From a virus, in the IMG/VR virus record IMGVR_UViG_3300028920_000029, positions 32,001-96,000 of that record: a stretch of DNA of 64,000 bases. The stretch is one strand, 5' to 3'. The first letter of the stretch is position 1. Each line of letters opens with the position of its first letter. Made by a program: the position numbers and the translations under genes. The notes beneath the pieces were generated by a model. The model was not told the origin of the DNA. It saw nothing but the letters and a program-made list of their open reading frames with translations, and made no database searches. Positions 27,352-37,211 of this stretch are shown here, in pieces.

Positions 27352-28221
27352 ATGTTTATAAAGACTGCTGATTGTTCTGTTGTAGACGTCTTAGATACCA
27401 GGAAAGCTGGGTCTATCTTTGATGAGATAGTTACCAACTCCGAGATAGCTAAGGCTTCTACGCTGGACGAGAGTGATATAAGGCGTCAAGGTTATAATAG
27501 GTTTAGGGCTATAGCCGAGAAACGTTCTGATCGTTTGGCTATAGCAACCAGAGCCATCTCAGCTTATGAAACTCACTCGTTTAACAAGAACGGTGATGCC
27601 TTTGAGAGGGATCAACTTGAGAAATTTCATAAGACGTTTATACTTAAGCCGCATCTTTGGGACCACGATTTATCAATAGGTTCAGTTAGGGGTATAATAG
27701 CTGACGCAAGTTGGAATCCAAAGGAAGACTATGTTGAGACGCTTATCTTTATTGATAGGGAACAGTTTCCTAAGTATGCTTCTAACGTGGAGAAGGGGTA
27801 CATAAATAGTTTTTCTATGGGAGTAGAAGTTAAGGAGGCTGAGTGTTCTATTTGTCACAATATCGCGCGGACACCCGCGGAATTATGTATTCACGCAGAA
27901 AGATACAAAGGACTTTACGTTCAGGGTAAGAAGTGTTTTGAGTTTAACAGGGACCTGGAGTTTATTGAGCAGAGTGCTGTTGCATCTCCAGCAGACCCAG
28001 ACTCACATACTTTGTACATACTGGCGCACGCAAAGGCTGGTCAGCATAAAGAGATAGAGAATCTTAGGAAGCTTGCGTCAATACTTGATAGCTATACAGA
28101 GGAAGACAAGCGTAGGTTTAACGATGAGTACTACCTTATCACATCTTCTGTTGATAGGTTGGCTACCAGAATAGCAAAGGATCTTGGGATATCGTTTGGG
28201 GATCCGAGGCGAGGTGAGTAA
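27352..28221 (+). CDS. Prohead (capsid maturation) protease
   Basis: NKNGDAF, LWDH (catalytic His candidate), GIIADA, SFSMG (catalytic Ser candidate), CSIC..C.H Zn insert, F.E.SAVASPAD. Confidence 0.8.
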   Translation: MFIKTADCSVVDVLDTRKAGSIFDEIVTNSEIAKASTLDESDIRRQGYNRFRAIAEKRSDRLAIATRAISAYETHSFNKNGDAFERDQLEKFHKTFILKPHLWDHDLSIGSVRGIIADASWNPKEDYVETLIFIDREQFPKYASNVEKGYINSFSMGVEVKEAECSICHNIARTPAELCIHAERYKGLYVQGKKCFEFNRDLEFIEQSAVASPADPDSHTLYILAHAKAGQHKEIENLRKLASILDSYTEEDKRRFNDEYYLITSSVDRLATRIAKDLGISFGDPRRGE

Positions 28222-28955
28222 TGGGGCACATATATAAATTCACAAAACATGTACTTGCATACTCACCATATTTTAATGAGGCTGAGAGAGTATACTTTGA
28301 TACATTATCAAAGGGTATTACTGGGTCATACCTAGTACTTGCTAAGTACGGTTTAGGTGGAGAAGCCAACAAAGATCTGAAGGATTTGTATAGGCACCTT
28401 AGTTGGTATAACCTTAAGAAGAACGACAAAGATTACAGGCCCACCGATTTAGGTATGCTGTTTAGTCAAATAGCTACGGTAGTGGATGAGTCTTTAGTAA
28501 AGCACGGAATAGTTAACAAGCAAGGACTTGATGAGTTTTTACCCAGGGATATATTAAGTAAGCTTCCGAGCACTCCCATGCAGCAGAACCCAAAGAATTA
28601 CATACCAGAAGAGCAAATGATTAAGGATACATCATTACGATCCGCGCCAGCTGAGAAGGATAAGGGAGTACTACAGTCATTGGAGGAACAAGCTATGGAT
28701 AGAAACAAAAAGTGGAAGGAGTATAGAGAGCACCAGGATACACCGCCAACCCCAGTTAGGGCCAGTCTTATAGGAAACATTCTTAAGAAAGGCGAGGCAG
28801 TAACACAGGATATAGGTAAGCTTCCTATGAGTAGTTCAGATGATATGAAGGAAGTAGCAAAGAAGACTAAGGATAACATCACAAAGAACAAGCAACTTCT
28901 TGACGAGGCCGACGCCTTAGCTGAAGATATGGAAGAGTTAGATAAGATTACATAA
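28221..28955 (+). CDS. Hypothetical protein, probably head-internal
   Basis: Coupled to the protease gene; charged C-terminal half. Confidence 0.65.
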   Translation: MGHIYKFTKHVLAYSPYFNEAERVYFDTLSKGITGSYLVLAKYGLGGEANKDLKDLYRHLSWYNLKKNDKDYRPTDLGMLFSQIATVVDESLVKHGIVNKQGLDEFLPRDILSKLPSTPMQQNPKNYIPEEQMIKDTSLRSAPAEKDKGVLQSLEEQAMDRNKKWKEYREHQDTPPTPVRASLIGNILKKGEAVTQDIGKLPMSSSDDMKEVAKKTKDNITKNKQLLDEADALAEDMEELDKIT

Positions 28956-28967
28956 GGAGTAACCTTA

Positions 28968-29909
28968 ATGGCATTTTATGAGTTGCACCGCTACGTTAGA
29001 AGGGTAGTAGTACAAGAGCTGCAGTTGTTGGTGAACGATCATCCAATGTACACCACAGATAGGGCTGACGACACTAAGTTTCAGACGTCCCCTACTAAGG
29101 TTATGGAACGATATAACTTTGACGGCAGACAGTACCCAGCTATAGTAGTTACCACTACTGAGTCTAACGAACAGCGTTTGTCTATGGACAGGCTAATAAC
29201 TGAGGCTTACGGGCACTCAAGAGCAGCTACTATGATGTCATATGTAACTCCTAAAGTGGTAGATGATTCAGAGTACACTGGCACATACTCTGATGCAGTG
29301 TACTTACTAGAGTACGCACAGACATTTGCTGAGGATGATGAGGATATTAAGCTTAAGAAATTCTCGGTAGCTGCAGTAGACGATGACCCCACAGGAGCAT
29401 CAGGAGATGTTGAGTGGTTTGATATTGTACCAGATGAAAGGCGCACAGATATAATAGATGGTGTAGAAATACATATAGGTTCTTTTAATGACATACGTCC
29501 TGGCAACCAAATATACATAGAGACGTTTGAGGATAACAGATACCTGGGAGATATATTCGGGAGCAGGTTTGATATATCTATGAACATATCTGTGTATGCG
29601 CAGACGCAGTACGAAACTGAAGAGTTACTTGATATGGTAAATTCGTGGTTCACATACTATTTACCACATCAATTATACTTTAAGCACAGCATCAACGCCA
29701 AAACAGTTAACACTAGTGGAGCAGTGGAAAAGGATGAGCGATACGGAGAAGAGGCGTTTACTGGTAACCTTACAGTTACGTTCTCTGTAGAACACCAGTT
29801 CTTTAACCCAGTAAATATAATGACGTCTTATCAGTTATGGCTAGCGCTTAGAGAGCAGGTAGACTCTACGACTGGGCAGATACTTTTACCTATAGAGATT
29901 GAGGATTAG
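28968..29909 (+). CDS. Tail completion/terminator-like neck protein
   Basis: RQYPAIVV and ISMNISVYAQTQYETEELLD pattern; position in the neck region. Confidence 0.6.
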   Translation: MAFYELHRYVRRVVVQELQLLVNDHPMYTTDRADDTKFQTSPTKVMERYNFDGRQYPAIVVTTTESNEQRLSMDRLITEAYGHSRAATMMSYVTPKVVDDSEYTGTYSDAVYLLEYAQTFAEDDEDIKLKKFSVAAVDDDPTGASGDVEWFDIVPDERRTDIIDGVEIHIGSFNDIRPGNQIYIETFEDNRYLGDIFGSRFDISMNISVYAQTQYETEELLDMVNSWFTYYLPHQLYFKHSINAKTVNTSGAVEKDERYGEEAFTGNLTVTFSVEHQFFNPVNIMTSYQLWLALREQVDSTTGQILLPIEIED

Positions 29910-29917
29910 GAGATACT

Positions 29918-30691
29918 ATGGCATATTTAAGAAACATACCAAGCAGCGGTGACCCGTTTGAGAAAGGTAAGAATGGATTTATACCATCTAATCCTACCGA
30001 CGCTGGGGTGGAGCAGAGGTTTGATAGCTTGACAGATAGGTTCCAACCTAAGGAACAGTATACAAGAAAGATATACCAGGTAGCAACTGGAGATGAGAAC
30101 GTACTGCACGAACATATTGAAAGGCTTAGCAGGATGATAGAAGCCAGAGGCGAGCTTGTAACGCTTGTTAAACGTAAACTTGATGGTGAAAGATGTAACT
30201 GCTATGATACAGTTATGGATGTTGTTAGGCGTAAGTATTGCTTGCAGTGTTATGGTACTAGGATAAAGAATGGTTATGAGCTATTTAATAATACTAATAG
30301 AGATGATGGTAAGATATACATAGCGGCTCCGTTTGCTGAAGCTAGGATAGATTGGGAAGACCACGGACGAGTACAGACGGAGGAGCTAACTTATTGGACT
30401 TTGCCGTATACCCCGTTAGAAAACGGAAGCACTACGTATTCTTACGACTGGTTAATAAGATATAATAATGATGGTACTGAGTTAGGAAGGTATTATATAC
30501 ATAATGTTAAACCTTCTAGGAGTGTAGATAACTATGTTACGTATCAACACTTTACGGCTGCGTTAGCAACAAGACCTACTTACGATCATGAAGGAACTAT
30601 GGTAAGGCGAGGCGATTTGATATATGAAGTGGATACTAGTACGTTAGATGTAGTTGAGGGAAACTTAGAAAAAGGAGCTGACGAACGATGA
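29918..30691 (+). CDS. Head closure/neck protein with Zn motif
   Basis: GERCNCYD...YCLQCYGT...GY pattern; position. Confidence 0.6.
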   Translation: MAYLRNIPSSGDPFEKGKNGFIPSNPTDAGVEQRFDSLTDRFQPKEQYTRKIYQVATGDENVLHEHIERLSRMIEARGELVTLVKRKLDGERCNCYDTVMDVVRRKYCLQCYGTRIKNGYELFNNTNRDDGKIYIAAPFAEARIDWEDHGRVQTEELTYWTLPYTPLENGSTTYSYDWLIRYNNDGTELGRYYIHNVKPSRSVDNYVTYQHFTAALATRPTYDHEGTMVRRGDLIYEVDTSTLDVVEGNLEKGADER

Positions 30692-30996
30692 AATCAGTAG
30701 TTAACTTATACAAGATAGCTAAGTGGGAAGCTGAGCATGAAGCTGCTCTTAAAGAAGATGCAATGAGAGAGAAGGGAGAACAAATAGAGGGAGGGCTTGC
30801 CGATAATATGACATTGGAAGACATAGCTAATAGGCATGGAGTAAACATGGGTAAGATAGTGTCACAAATAAATAAAGGTATCCGTGTTGAGTATGAGCAC
30901 ACGAATGATGCTAAACAAGCTATGGAGATAGCTAAGGATCATCTGGTTGAGGATTCAGAATACTACACAAAATTAGAAATGATAGAAAATCACTAA
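30688..30996 (+). CDS. DUF5661-like protein with an N-terminal VNLYKIA tag
   Basis: GGLAD, KGIRVEYEHT, EIAKDHL and YYTKL motifs. Confidence 0.75.
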   Translation: MKSVVNLYKIAKWEAEHEAALKEDAMREKGEQIEGGLADNMTLEDIANRHGVNMGKIVSQINKGIRVEYEHTNDAKQAMEIAKDHLVEDSEYYTKLEMIENH

Positions 30997-31007
30997 GGAG
31001 GTAACGT

Positions 31008-31334
31008 ATGAAAGACCATCAGTTTTACCAGAAGCACCAAGAAGTAGCAGATGCAGAGAATTTTAACTTTACTATTGACGGTACGACTACTATTCATCAC
31101 GATAAGAAAGCTGTTCTTATTGTTGGCGATGATTCGGATGTTGAAGTATGGGTAAGGGTTGGAGATTCCAGAGTTGATTGGACTACAATGACTGACTACG
31201 TTGATAGCGTAGGCTCTGGCGCAACAAAGCTTACATATGTAAACATACCGTTTCCATGTAGCTCGGTTACGTTGGCAGTTACTAATGATTCTGGTTCAGC
31301 AATTCAAGTATCATATTATGGGGGCTCTGCATAA
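31008..31334 (+). CDS. Small beta-rich virion protein
   Basis: AGGAGG RBS; composition and location. Confidence 0.6.
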   Translation: MKDHQFYQKHQEVADAENFNFTIDGTTTIHHDKKAVLIVGDDSDVEVWVRVGDSRVDWTTMTDYVDSVGSGATKLTYVNIPFPCSSVTLAVTNDSGSAIQVSYYGGSA

Positions 31335-33355
31335 TGCTGCATTTGTTACGAAAGATTGCAGGTAAGAAAGCCAAGCCTACTGTAGAGGGGGAGATAGGAC
31401 TGTCAGAACTTAAGTCCAGATTTCAAAGTGGTAGGCTTTTAAACAAGGTTCTTCCGTTGATATCTTTTACGTACAAACCAGTTAGTGGTTCCAGCGAAAC
31501 ATACAATGCTGAGGATATTAAACTCTACTATGAACATAAATATGAAGGAGAGGACTACGCTTTATACAGTACACCTATAATGAGGCAGATGGTTATAGAT
31601 GTAATAGACGCTCACTTCTTAGAGATGTTAAATCTTCTAGGTACTATATCATCTGATGGGTCTATAATTCCTCCAGAGGATGATGCTATAGTAGCTGTTA
31701 CAGCTATGCTTGTTAGGAGATATATTGAAGAGGCTGATCGAGGTGGGTCACTTAACGTTAATATGTTAAACGATGTATTCGACCGAGACCACTATAAGCA
31801 GAAGGGAGTTACTGGTCCAAGGATGACGTTTAACAATAACACTACCAGCCAAAGCAGACTTATAGATCAGAACAGAGACAGGCTTAACTTCTTTTCACAG
31901 AACGTAGACATACGAAGACTTAATGAGATGACCAATCTTAAGCAGCTGGTTGAGTATTTCTTAGAGATCCAAGATAAGGATTCGGCTATTAAATTGGTGA
32001 CTGCTTTAGATTCTAAAGCTCCGTTATTGTGGCTCGATAGAACTAATAGGCCCAAGTTATCTTTGGCTTATATGCTTCCAGTTCTTCAGACCATTAAGTT
32101 AAAGGGTAAGAAACAAGATATGGGTATGGCTCTCATGTTAGCTACTCAGATGATATCCGAGGAGTTACTTCGTCAGGACGAGAGTGAACAGGAGAACCTA
32201 ATAGAAAAGTGGAACCAAGAGATTACAGATAAGCTATCAGCTATGCAGCAAGAAGAGGAGTTAGACGAAACTGATATAACTAACAAGAAGAATAGGGCGA
32301 TACAGAGTTGGGTAAACGATAGGCTGTCATCTCTTGGAGAATACTCAAAGAACTCAACAGCTATAATACAGGCATGGAATAAAAATCCAGGCCAGACTGA
32401 GCAAAGGTTTAGGACTGCGATAGCTATGGCTAAGAATATTCTAGCAGTTAAAAAGACTAAGAGTGTTGGGGCTGATGTAATACCTACTAAGTACACAAAG
32501 GATATTGGTACTAGTGATGAGCAGCAGATGGACATACCAGATAAAGGTACCATGGGACAGGCTATGGAAGACGCTGAATCTAAATATATAGAAGAGCTGG
32601 AATCTAAAGAGCAGTCTTTATATCTGCCAGCTATAATACATAGTACGGTATTAGGTATGAAACAAGTAGTCGGTCCTATAGTTGAGAAGAGATTAAAGGA
32701 AGTAGCGATCACTACTATAGAGAGCCCGCTACGAAAGTCCATAGAAAATAGCGTAAGAGAGATAGGAAAGTTTAAAGATAAAGAGGAGGGTGTAGGAAGA
32801 ACGGAAGAAGTATTTACTATGCAAAGACCTCACGAAGAATCTGTTGAGGTTCTTTCACAAGGCATAGTACAAGGAGTTATTACTGCGCTTAAAAACTCTA
32901 CACAGTATATAGATGATGTTGCGCAGAGTATGGATAGCTCATCAGAATCTCCGTTCGTAAGCTTTGGAGGTAAGGTAGTTAGAAGTATAGTCGAGCATCT
33001 TAAAGGTGAAGACGTATCTCCAAAAGCTATACCTAATATAATGAACATTTTAAACGACGTATTGTTAGCTCCCATAATTAAAGAGATGAGTAAGAAAGTA
33101 TTGTTATCAAGTGAGTACGCCATAGACTTAGCTAATGGAACTTTACAGGCGTTAAGAGACGAAGAGGGAGAAGCTTTACGCCAGATAATGAACTCAGGAG
33201 ATCCAGAGACAAAGAAAGCTTTGGGATCCAAATTGTCAAAGAAGATAGTGACAGCCTTATCAAGTGCTTTAACTACAGTGCTAAAGGAGAATCCACCAAA
33301 ACAATTGCTTGTGAAATTAAACGACGCCATACTACGAGTACTATTAAGCGATTAA
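31334..33355 (+). CDS. Large helical protein, probably head-internal/ejected
   Basis: 673 aa; N-terminal LLRKIAG motif; no recognisable enzyme motif. Confidence 0.6.
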   Translation: MLHLLRKIAGKKAKPTVEGEIGLSELKSRFQSGRLLNKVLPLISFTYKPVSGSSETYNAEDIKLYYEHKYEGEDYALYSTPIMRQMVIDVIDAHFLEMLNLLGTISSDGSIIPPEDDAIVAVTAMLVRRYIEEADRGGSLNVNMLNDVFDRDHYKQKGVTGPRMTFNNNTTSQSRLIDQNRDRLNFFSQNVDIRRLNEMTNLKQLVEYFLEIQDKDSAIKLVTALDSKAPLLWLDRTNRPKLSLAYMLPVLQTIKLKGKKQDMGMALMLATQMISEELLRQDESEQENLIEKWNQEITDKLSAMQQEEELDETDITNKKNRAIQSWVNDRLSSLGEYSKNSTAIIQAWNKNPGQTEQRFRTAIAMAKNILAVKKTKSVGADVIPTKYTKDIGTSDEQQMDIPDKGTMGQAMEDAESKYIEELESKEQSLYLPAIIHSTVLGMKQVVGPIVEKRLKEVAITTIESPLRKSIENSVREIGKFKDKEEGVGRTEEVFTMQRPHEESVEVLSQGIVQGVITALKNSTQYIDDVAQSMDSSSESPFVSFGGKVVRSIVEHLKGEDVSPKAIPNIMNILNDVLLAPIIKEMSKKVLLSSEYAIDLANGTLQALRDEEGEALRQIMNSGDPETKKALGSKLSKKIVTALSSALTTVLKENPPKQLLVKLNDAILRVLLSD

Positions 33356-33383
33356 AAATATTTTACCAAGGAGGTAAATACAT

Positions 33384-35180
33384 ATGGCTTATAAGTCACC
33401 AGGTATTTCGGTAACCAGCGAGTTTCAAAACATCGTTAATCCGAGTGTTGGAGGCGATTTAACATTAGGTATATTAGCTGGTGTTGATGTAACTAATGTA
33501 AATCTTAATCCAACCGCTACAGTGGAGTTCAGACGTGAAGGTCTTGAAGCTGACGCTAACGTAGACATCGGATGGTTCACTCGTGGAGACGAGTGGCTTG
33601 CTCAGGTTACTGATGCTAACAGGATAATATCCATGACTCAGAGTAGCACAACCTATAACACAGCTATTATAGGTACGGACGCTACAGGCGTTGAGGTTAT
33701 TACTATGACCAAAGACGCAACAGCAGACTCTACTGGAGCTGCTTCAAGTATTACGCCAGATGCTGACGGAGTAAAAGCGGTTTACTATTACAACATAGAG
33801 ACTGGATCTTTTACTTACTACACTCCTGACACAGACTTTACTTACTCTGTAGCGGGTACAACAGTAACTATATCGTGGGTTGATGGTGGTTCAGCGCCAG
33901 CTACTGATGCTACGTTCTACGTACTAGCAGAAGAAGTGTCTGCTGTGAACTCAGATACCGACGCTATACTCAGCATAATAAAGAGCCCTAGTAATTCAAC
34001 AGCTACTACTGGAGAAACCTATGTAGGTATAATGGTGTACTGGTTAGCTGGAGCAACAAACACTCCAGACGACAGCTCAGTCTACTACGCTAGCGTAAGG
34101 AAAGAGTTTACCAGCGCGCTTAACACCTACACAAGTTCATCAGAAGTACAGAAGGCTTTTGGTCCATTAGCAGATCCTACAGACCTTTCTGTAACTAATC
34201 CAGTTGCAGTAGCAGGACATCTTGCATTTGCTGAAGGATCAACAAGCATAATGATTGCTCCTTACAATCTTAACTCAGAATTAGCTTCAGCTACAACAGC
34301 TCTTGAAGCTCTAGCTGCTACAGATGAAGTTAACATTGTGGCCTCAACTTCAACAGATGAAGCTACAGGTACAGGAACAGTTAACGGTCTTCTGGTATCT
34401 CACGTTGAGAGTGCCAGCGGTCAGGTTTCAAAGAAGTACAGGATTGGTATTATCAATCCTTATCACGAAAACTTAGATACAGATTTATCAACAACAACAT
34501 TTGCAGAAGCATTAGCGGACTATGACACAATAACTGCTGCAATAGATTCAGAAAGGATGCTAGTAGTAGGTCCTCCGAAAGCAAAGATTAACCTGCCAGT
34601 ACCTCCAGACGGTGCGTCCAGAACGTACACATTTGGAGCTACAACAGCTAACGGTAACTACCTTGGAGTTATAGCAGGTGCTATGATGACAAGGGCTGGA
34701 GCAGATGTTGCAACCTCACTTCTAAGGAAAAGAACAAAGTCAGTTGCTAGTCTTTTACCTAAGTGGGATGACGTTAAGCTAGATAAGATAGCGTCAAAGG
34801 CAGTAACATTGTTTGCAAAGGTTAATGGACAGTGGGTAGTTCGTGATGATATCACTACTAGCAGGTCTAACTTGCTGATGAAATCAGAACCTACGATCAC
34901 TATGATTGCAGATAACATTGCCACGGCTTCTGAGTTAGTTCTTGAAAGAGGACTGATAGGAGGCAAGCTTAAGACTCCTGGAGTTTTAAATGTTATTAGA
35001 GATAGGCTTGGCGGAATGCTGACGAAGAAAGTTCAGGATGGTATCATTAGTAAGTACGGTACCCCTCAACTTGAAGTAGACTCAACAGACCCAAGAATGA
35101 TAAACGTTACTATTCCTATACAGCCGATGTTTACACTTAAGTATATCGATATTACTTTTAGCTACGTAGCTAAGCTGTAA
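33384..35180 (+). CDS. Contractile tail sheath protein
   Basis: MAYKSPGISV start, VQKAFG, VRDDITT, and C-terminal DPRMINVTIPIQPMFTLKYIDITF. Confidence 0.9.
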   Translation: MAYKSPGISVTSEFQNIVNPSVGGDLTLGILAGVDVTNVNLNPTATVEFRREGLEADANVDIGWFTRGDEWLAQVTDANRIISMTQSSTTYNTAIIGTDATGVEVITMTKDATADSTGAASSITPDADGVKAVYYYNIETGSFTYYTPDTDFTYSVAGTTVTISWVDGGSAPATDATFYVLAEEVSAVNSDTDAILSIIKSPSNSTATTGETYVGIMVYWLAGATNTPDDSSVYYASVRKEFTSALNTYTSSSEVQKAFGPLADPTDLSVTNPVAVAGHLAFAEGSTSIMIAPYNLNSELASATTALEALAATDEVNIVASTSTDEATGTGTVNGLLVSHVESASGQVSKKYRIGIINPYHENLDTDLSTTTFAEALADYDTITAAIDSERMLVVGPPKAKINLPVPPDGASRTYTFGATTANGNYLGVIAGAMMTRAGADVATSLLRKRTKSVASLLPKWDDVKLDKIASKAVTLFAKVNGQWVVRDDITTSRSNLLMKSEPTITMIADNIATASELVLERGLIGGKLKTPGVLNVIRDRLGGMLTKKVQDGIISKYGTPQLEVDSTDPRMINVTIPIQPMFTLKYIDITFSYVAKL

Positions 35181-35202
35181 GGTAGCTGAGGAGGAAAAGG
35201 CC

Positions 35203-35862
35203 ATGGGATACTTAACTAAAGTGTCTGTTAGTATTATAGATGGAACCATTGAGCCTTACGATATCGGTTTATCTAAACAAGCATCAGCTGGGAATTTTCA
35301 TGATACCGTTAGGATGTACATAGTTGCAGCGTCTGAGATTAATTACTCCGAAGAGTACTTTAAAAAGCTTGAAGAGGATTTAAAGCTTAGGCCTACGACT
35401 ATGTATCCTATGGTACAGAAAATTTATGACACGAAGAAAGACATTTTTTCCGACGCCGTGAGAGCAAGGTTTGAAGATCTGTTAAATAGGTATTCAACAT
35501 ATACTGACATAGATTCACCTATTCAGCAACAGTTGCGTAACCTAGTAGCGCTGACTACTAATAGTCTTCTTCGTAAATTCTCAACAGATGTAAAAGAGTT
35601 ATCACCTGAAGGATTAGAAGAAAAGCTTTCAACCCTCTACGACGTTCTTCAGGTTGCGCCAGATAATTGGGAAGCCCTATCGAACATATTCGCTGACGAG
35701 GATGTAGTAAGAGACTTACAGAATACGCTAAACATAGACGCGTTTCACTTTTTTAGCTACGTTAAGAAAGCTATATCATCTGCGTTAGCTAAAAAAACCT
35801 GGCCGAATTTAGAACTCGGTTCTTTAATAAATGAGAATACAGTTAATATAGGAGGTAACTAA
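35203..35862 (+). CDS. Hypothetical helical protein between sheath and tube
   Basis: GAGGAGG RBS; YLTKVS and LSKQAS motifs. Confidence 0.65.
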   Translation: MGYLTKVSVSIIDGTIEPYDIGLSKQASAGNFHDTVRMYIVAASEINYSEEYFKKLEEDLKLRPTTMYPMVQKIYDTKKDIFSDAVRARFEDLLNRYSTYTDIDSPIQQQLRNLVALTTNSLLRKFSTDVKELSPEGLEEKLSTLYDVLQVAPDNWEALSNIFADEDVVRDLQNTLNIDAFHFFSYVKKAISSALAKKTWPNLELGSLINENTVNIGGN

Positions 35863-35864
35863 AC

Positions 35865-36422
35865 ATGCCTAGAAACTTACTTGGCCCTAGTGCGCCTAAT
35901 GTCAGAACTCAAACTACGTTTGGGTTACAAATAGTCATGATTGATGACGACAACAACGCGGTGCAGATAGGTACGGCAAAAGAAATAACACCAGTACACA
36001 CACGTAGTAACACCCCAGTAGGTGGTGTGGGTATTGGAGATAGAAGGATGGAGATCGTTCAAGGTCTCACATCTTATACTGTAGCCCTAAAGAAGTTTTC
36101 TTTATGGGGTAAAAGAATCCAGCAGGTATGTGGGTTTGATTCAGAGGTTAGAATGCTTGCAGAAATGCAGACACCATTTGATATCTATACATACCACTTA
36201 AACCCAGCTGGTACTACAGAGAAAGGACTTTTCATTAACGATGGAGAGGTAGCCGATTCTAACATAATAACTACAATCTACAGAGATTGTGTTATTAACA
36301 ACTGGAATAGGTCACAGGTTTATGCAGAGGATGTTACAATAGTTGACGAAGTAGACGTCGATGTAACAAGGATAGAGGGACCGCCTCCAGGAAACCTTCC
36401 GTTGCTTAACGAGATATTTTAA
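35865..36422 (+). CDS. Tail tube protein
   Basis: Size and position; IGT..EI, EIVQG, QTPFDI and YRDCVI.W motifs. Confidence 0.8.
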   Translation: MPRNLLGPSAPNVRTQTTFGLQIVMIDDDNNAVQIGTAKEITPVHTRSNTPVGGVGIGDRRMEIVQGLTSYTVALKKFSLWGKRIQQVCGFDSEVRMLAEMQTPFDIYTYHLNPAGTTEKGLFINDGEVADSNIITTIYRDCVINNWNRSQVYAEDVTIVDEVDVDVTRIEGPPPGNLPLLNEIF

Positions 36423-36447
36423 TTAACACCTTGAAGGAGGTGCGCAA

Positions 36448-36849
36448 ATGAGCGCTATGCAAGAACTAAAAGACTTAGTGTTTAAAGGATTTTTGGAAAG
36501 AGAAGTTACGTTTGGTAAGATGAAGGTAACCTTACGTACCCTTACTATTGTTGAGGAGGGTGCAGTTCTTAGAGAAGCGGGACTAGATAACCCACCAACA
36601 AGTGCTGAGGAGAACTTAAGGTATACTGTTGTTCTTTTGCCAGCGGTTATTAGTAAACTCAATGATGAGGATACTACTTCTCCTGATAAGAAGGAACAGT
36701 TAAAGAAGATATTTTCCAGCGGTTACAATGCCGACATGATATCCTTCTTATTTCAGGAGTGGATTAAGCTGGAAGATGACAGAAAGAAAGCGAGTGATGA
36801 GTTAAAAAACTCGCAAGCGACCCCGAATCAAGAGCCCTCTGGGCAGTAA
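36448..36849 (+). CDS. Tail assembly chaperone (G-like)
   Basis: Between tube and tape measure; VTLRTLT..EE motif; ends near a slippery ELKN site. Confidence 0.8.
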   Translation: MSAMQELKDLVFKGFLEREVTFGKMKVTLRTLTIVEEGAVLREAGLDNPPTSAEENLRYTVVLLPAVISKLNDEDTTSPDKKEQLKKIFSSGYNADMISFLFQEWIKLEDDRKKASDELKNSQATPNQEPSGQ

Positions 36850-37211
36850 TCAAAGCTGCGTCGGGAGTCGTTAGCGAGCAACGCTTTAGCGGCTTTGACA
36901 GAACCCCCAGTTGGGAACAGGTTCTGTGGACAAATCTTAACTTAATAGCTGATGAACAAGGAGTAGAGGTACTCCAGCAGGAGAACATAGCAGATACTCC
37001 AGACTTCTATATCTATGAGTTAAGTAAGATGATGCCTAAGGAAGAGGTAGCAAAGAAGTTTTTTGGTACTACAAAGGAAGATATAGATAGGATAGTTGAT
37101 AGGCATATGCAAGCCAAGCTACGGCTAAAGCATAAGGTTGAAGAGTCGGAAGCGGCTACGAAGAAACATAACAAAAACCCGACTAACGCTGACGGACTGG
37201 AGATAGTTTAA
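36448..37211 (+). CDS. Tail assembly chaperone GT-like frameshift product
   Basis: The -1 frame reads LASDPESRALWAVIK...YELSKMMPKEE... to the stop at 37211, abutting the tape measure start. Confidence 0.75.
36804..36810 (+). other. -1 programmed frameshift heptamer A AAA AAC
   Basis: In-frame TTA AAA AAC; the -1 frame is open and continues into ORF 37029..37211. Confidence 0.8.
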
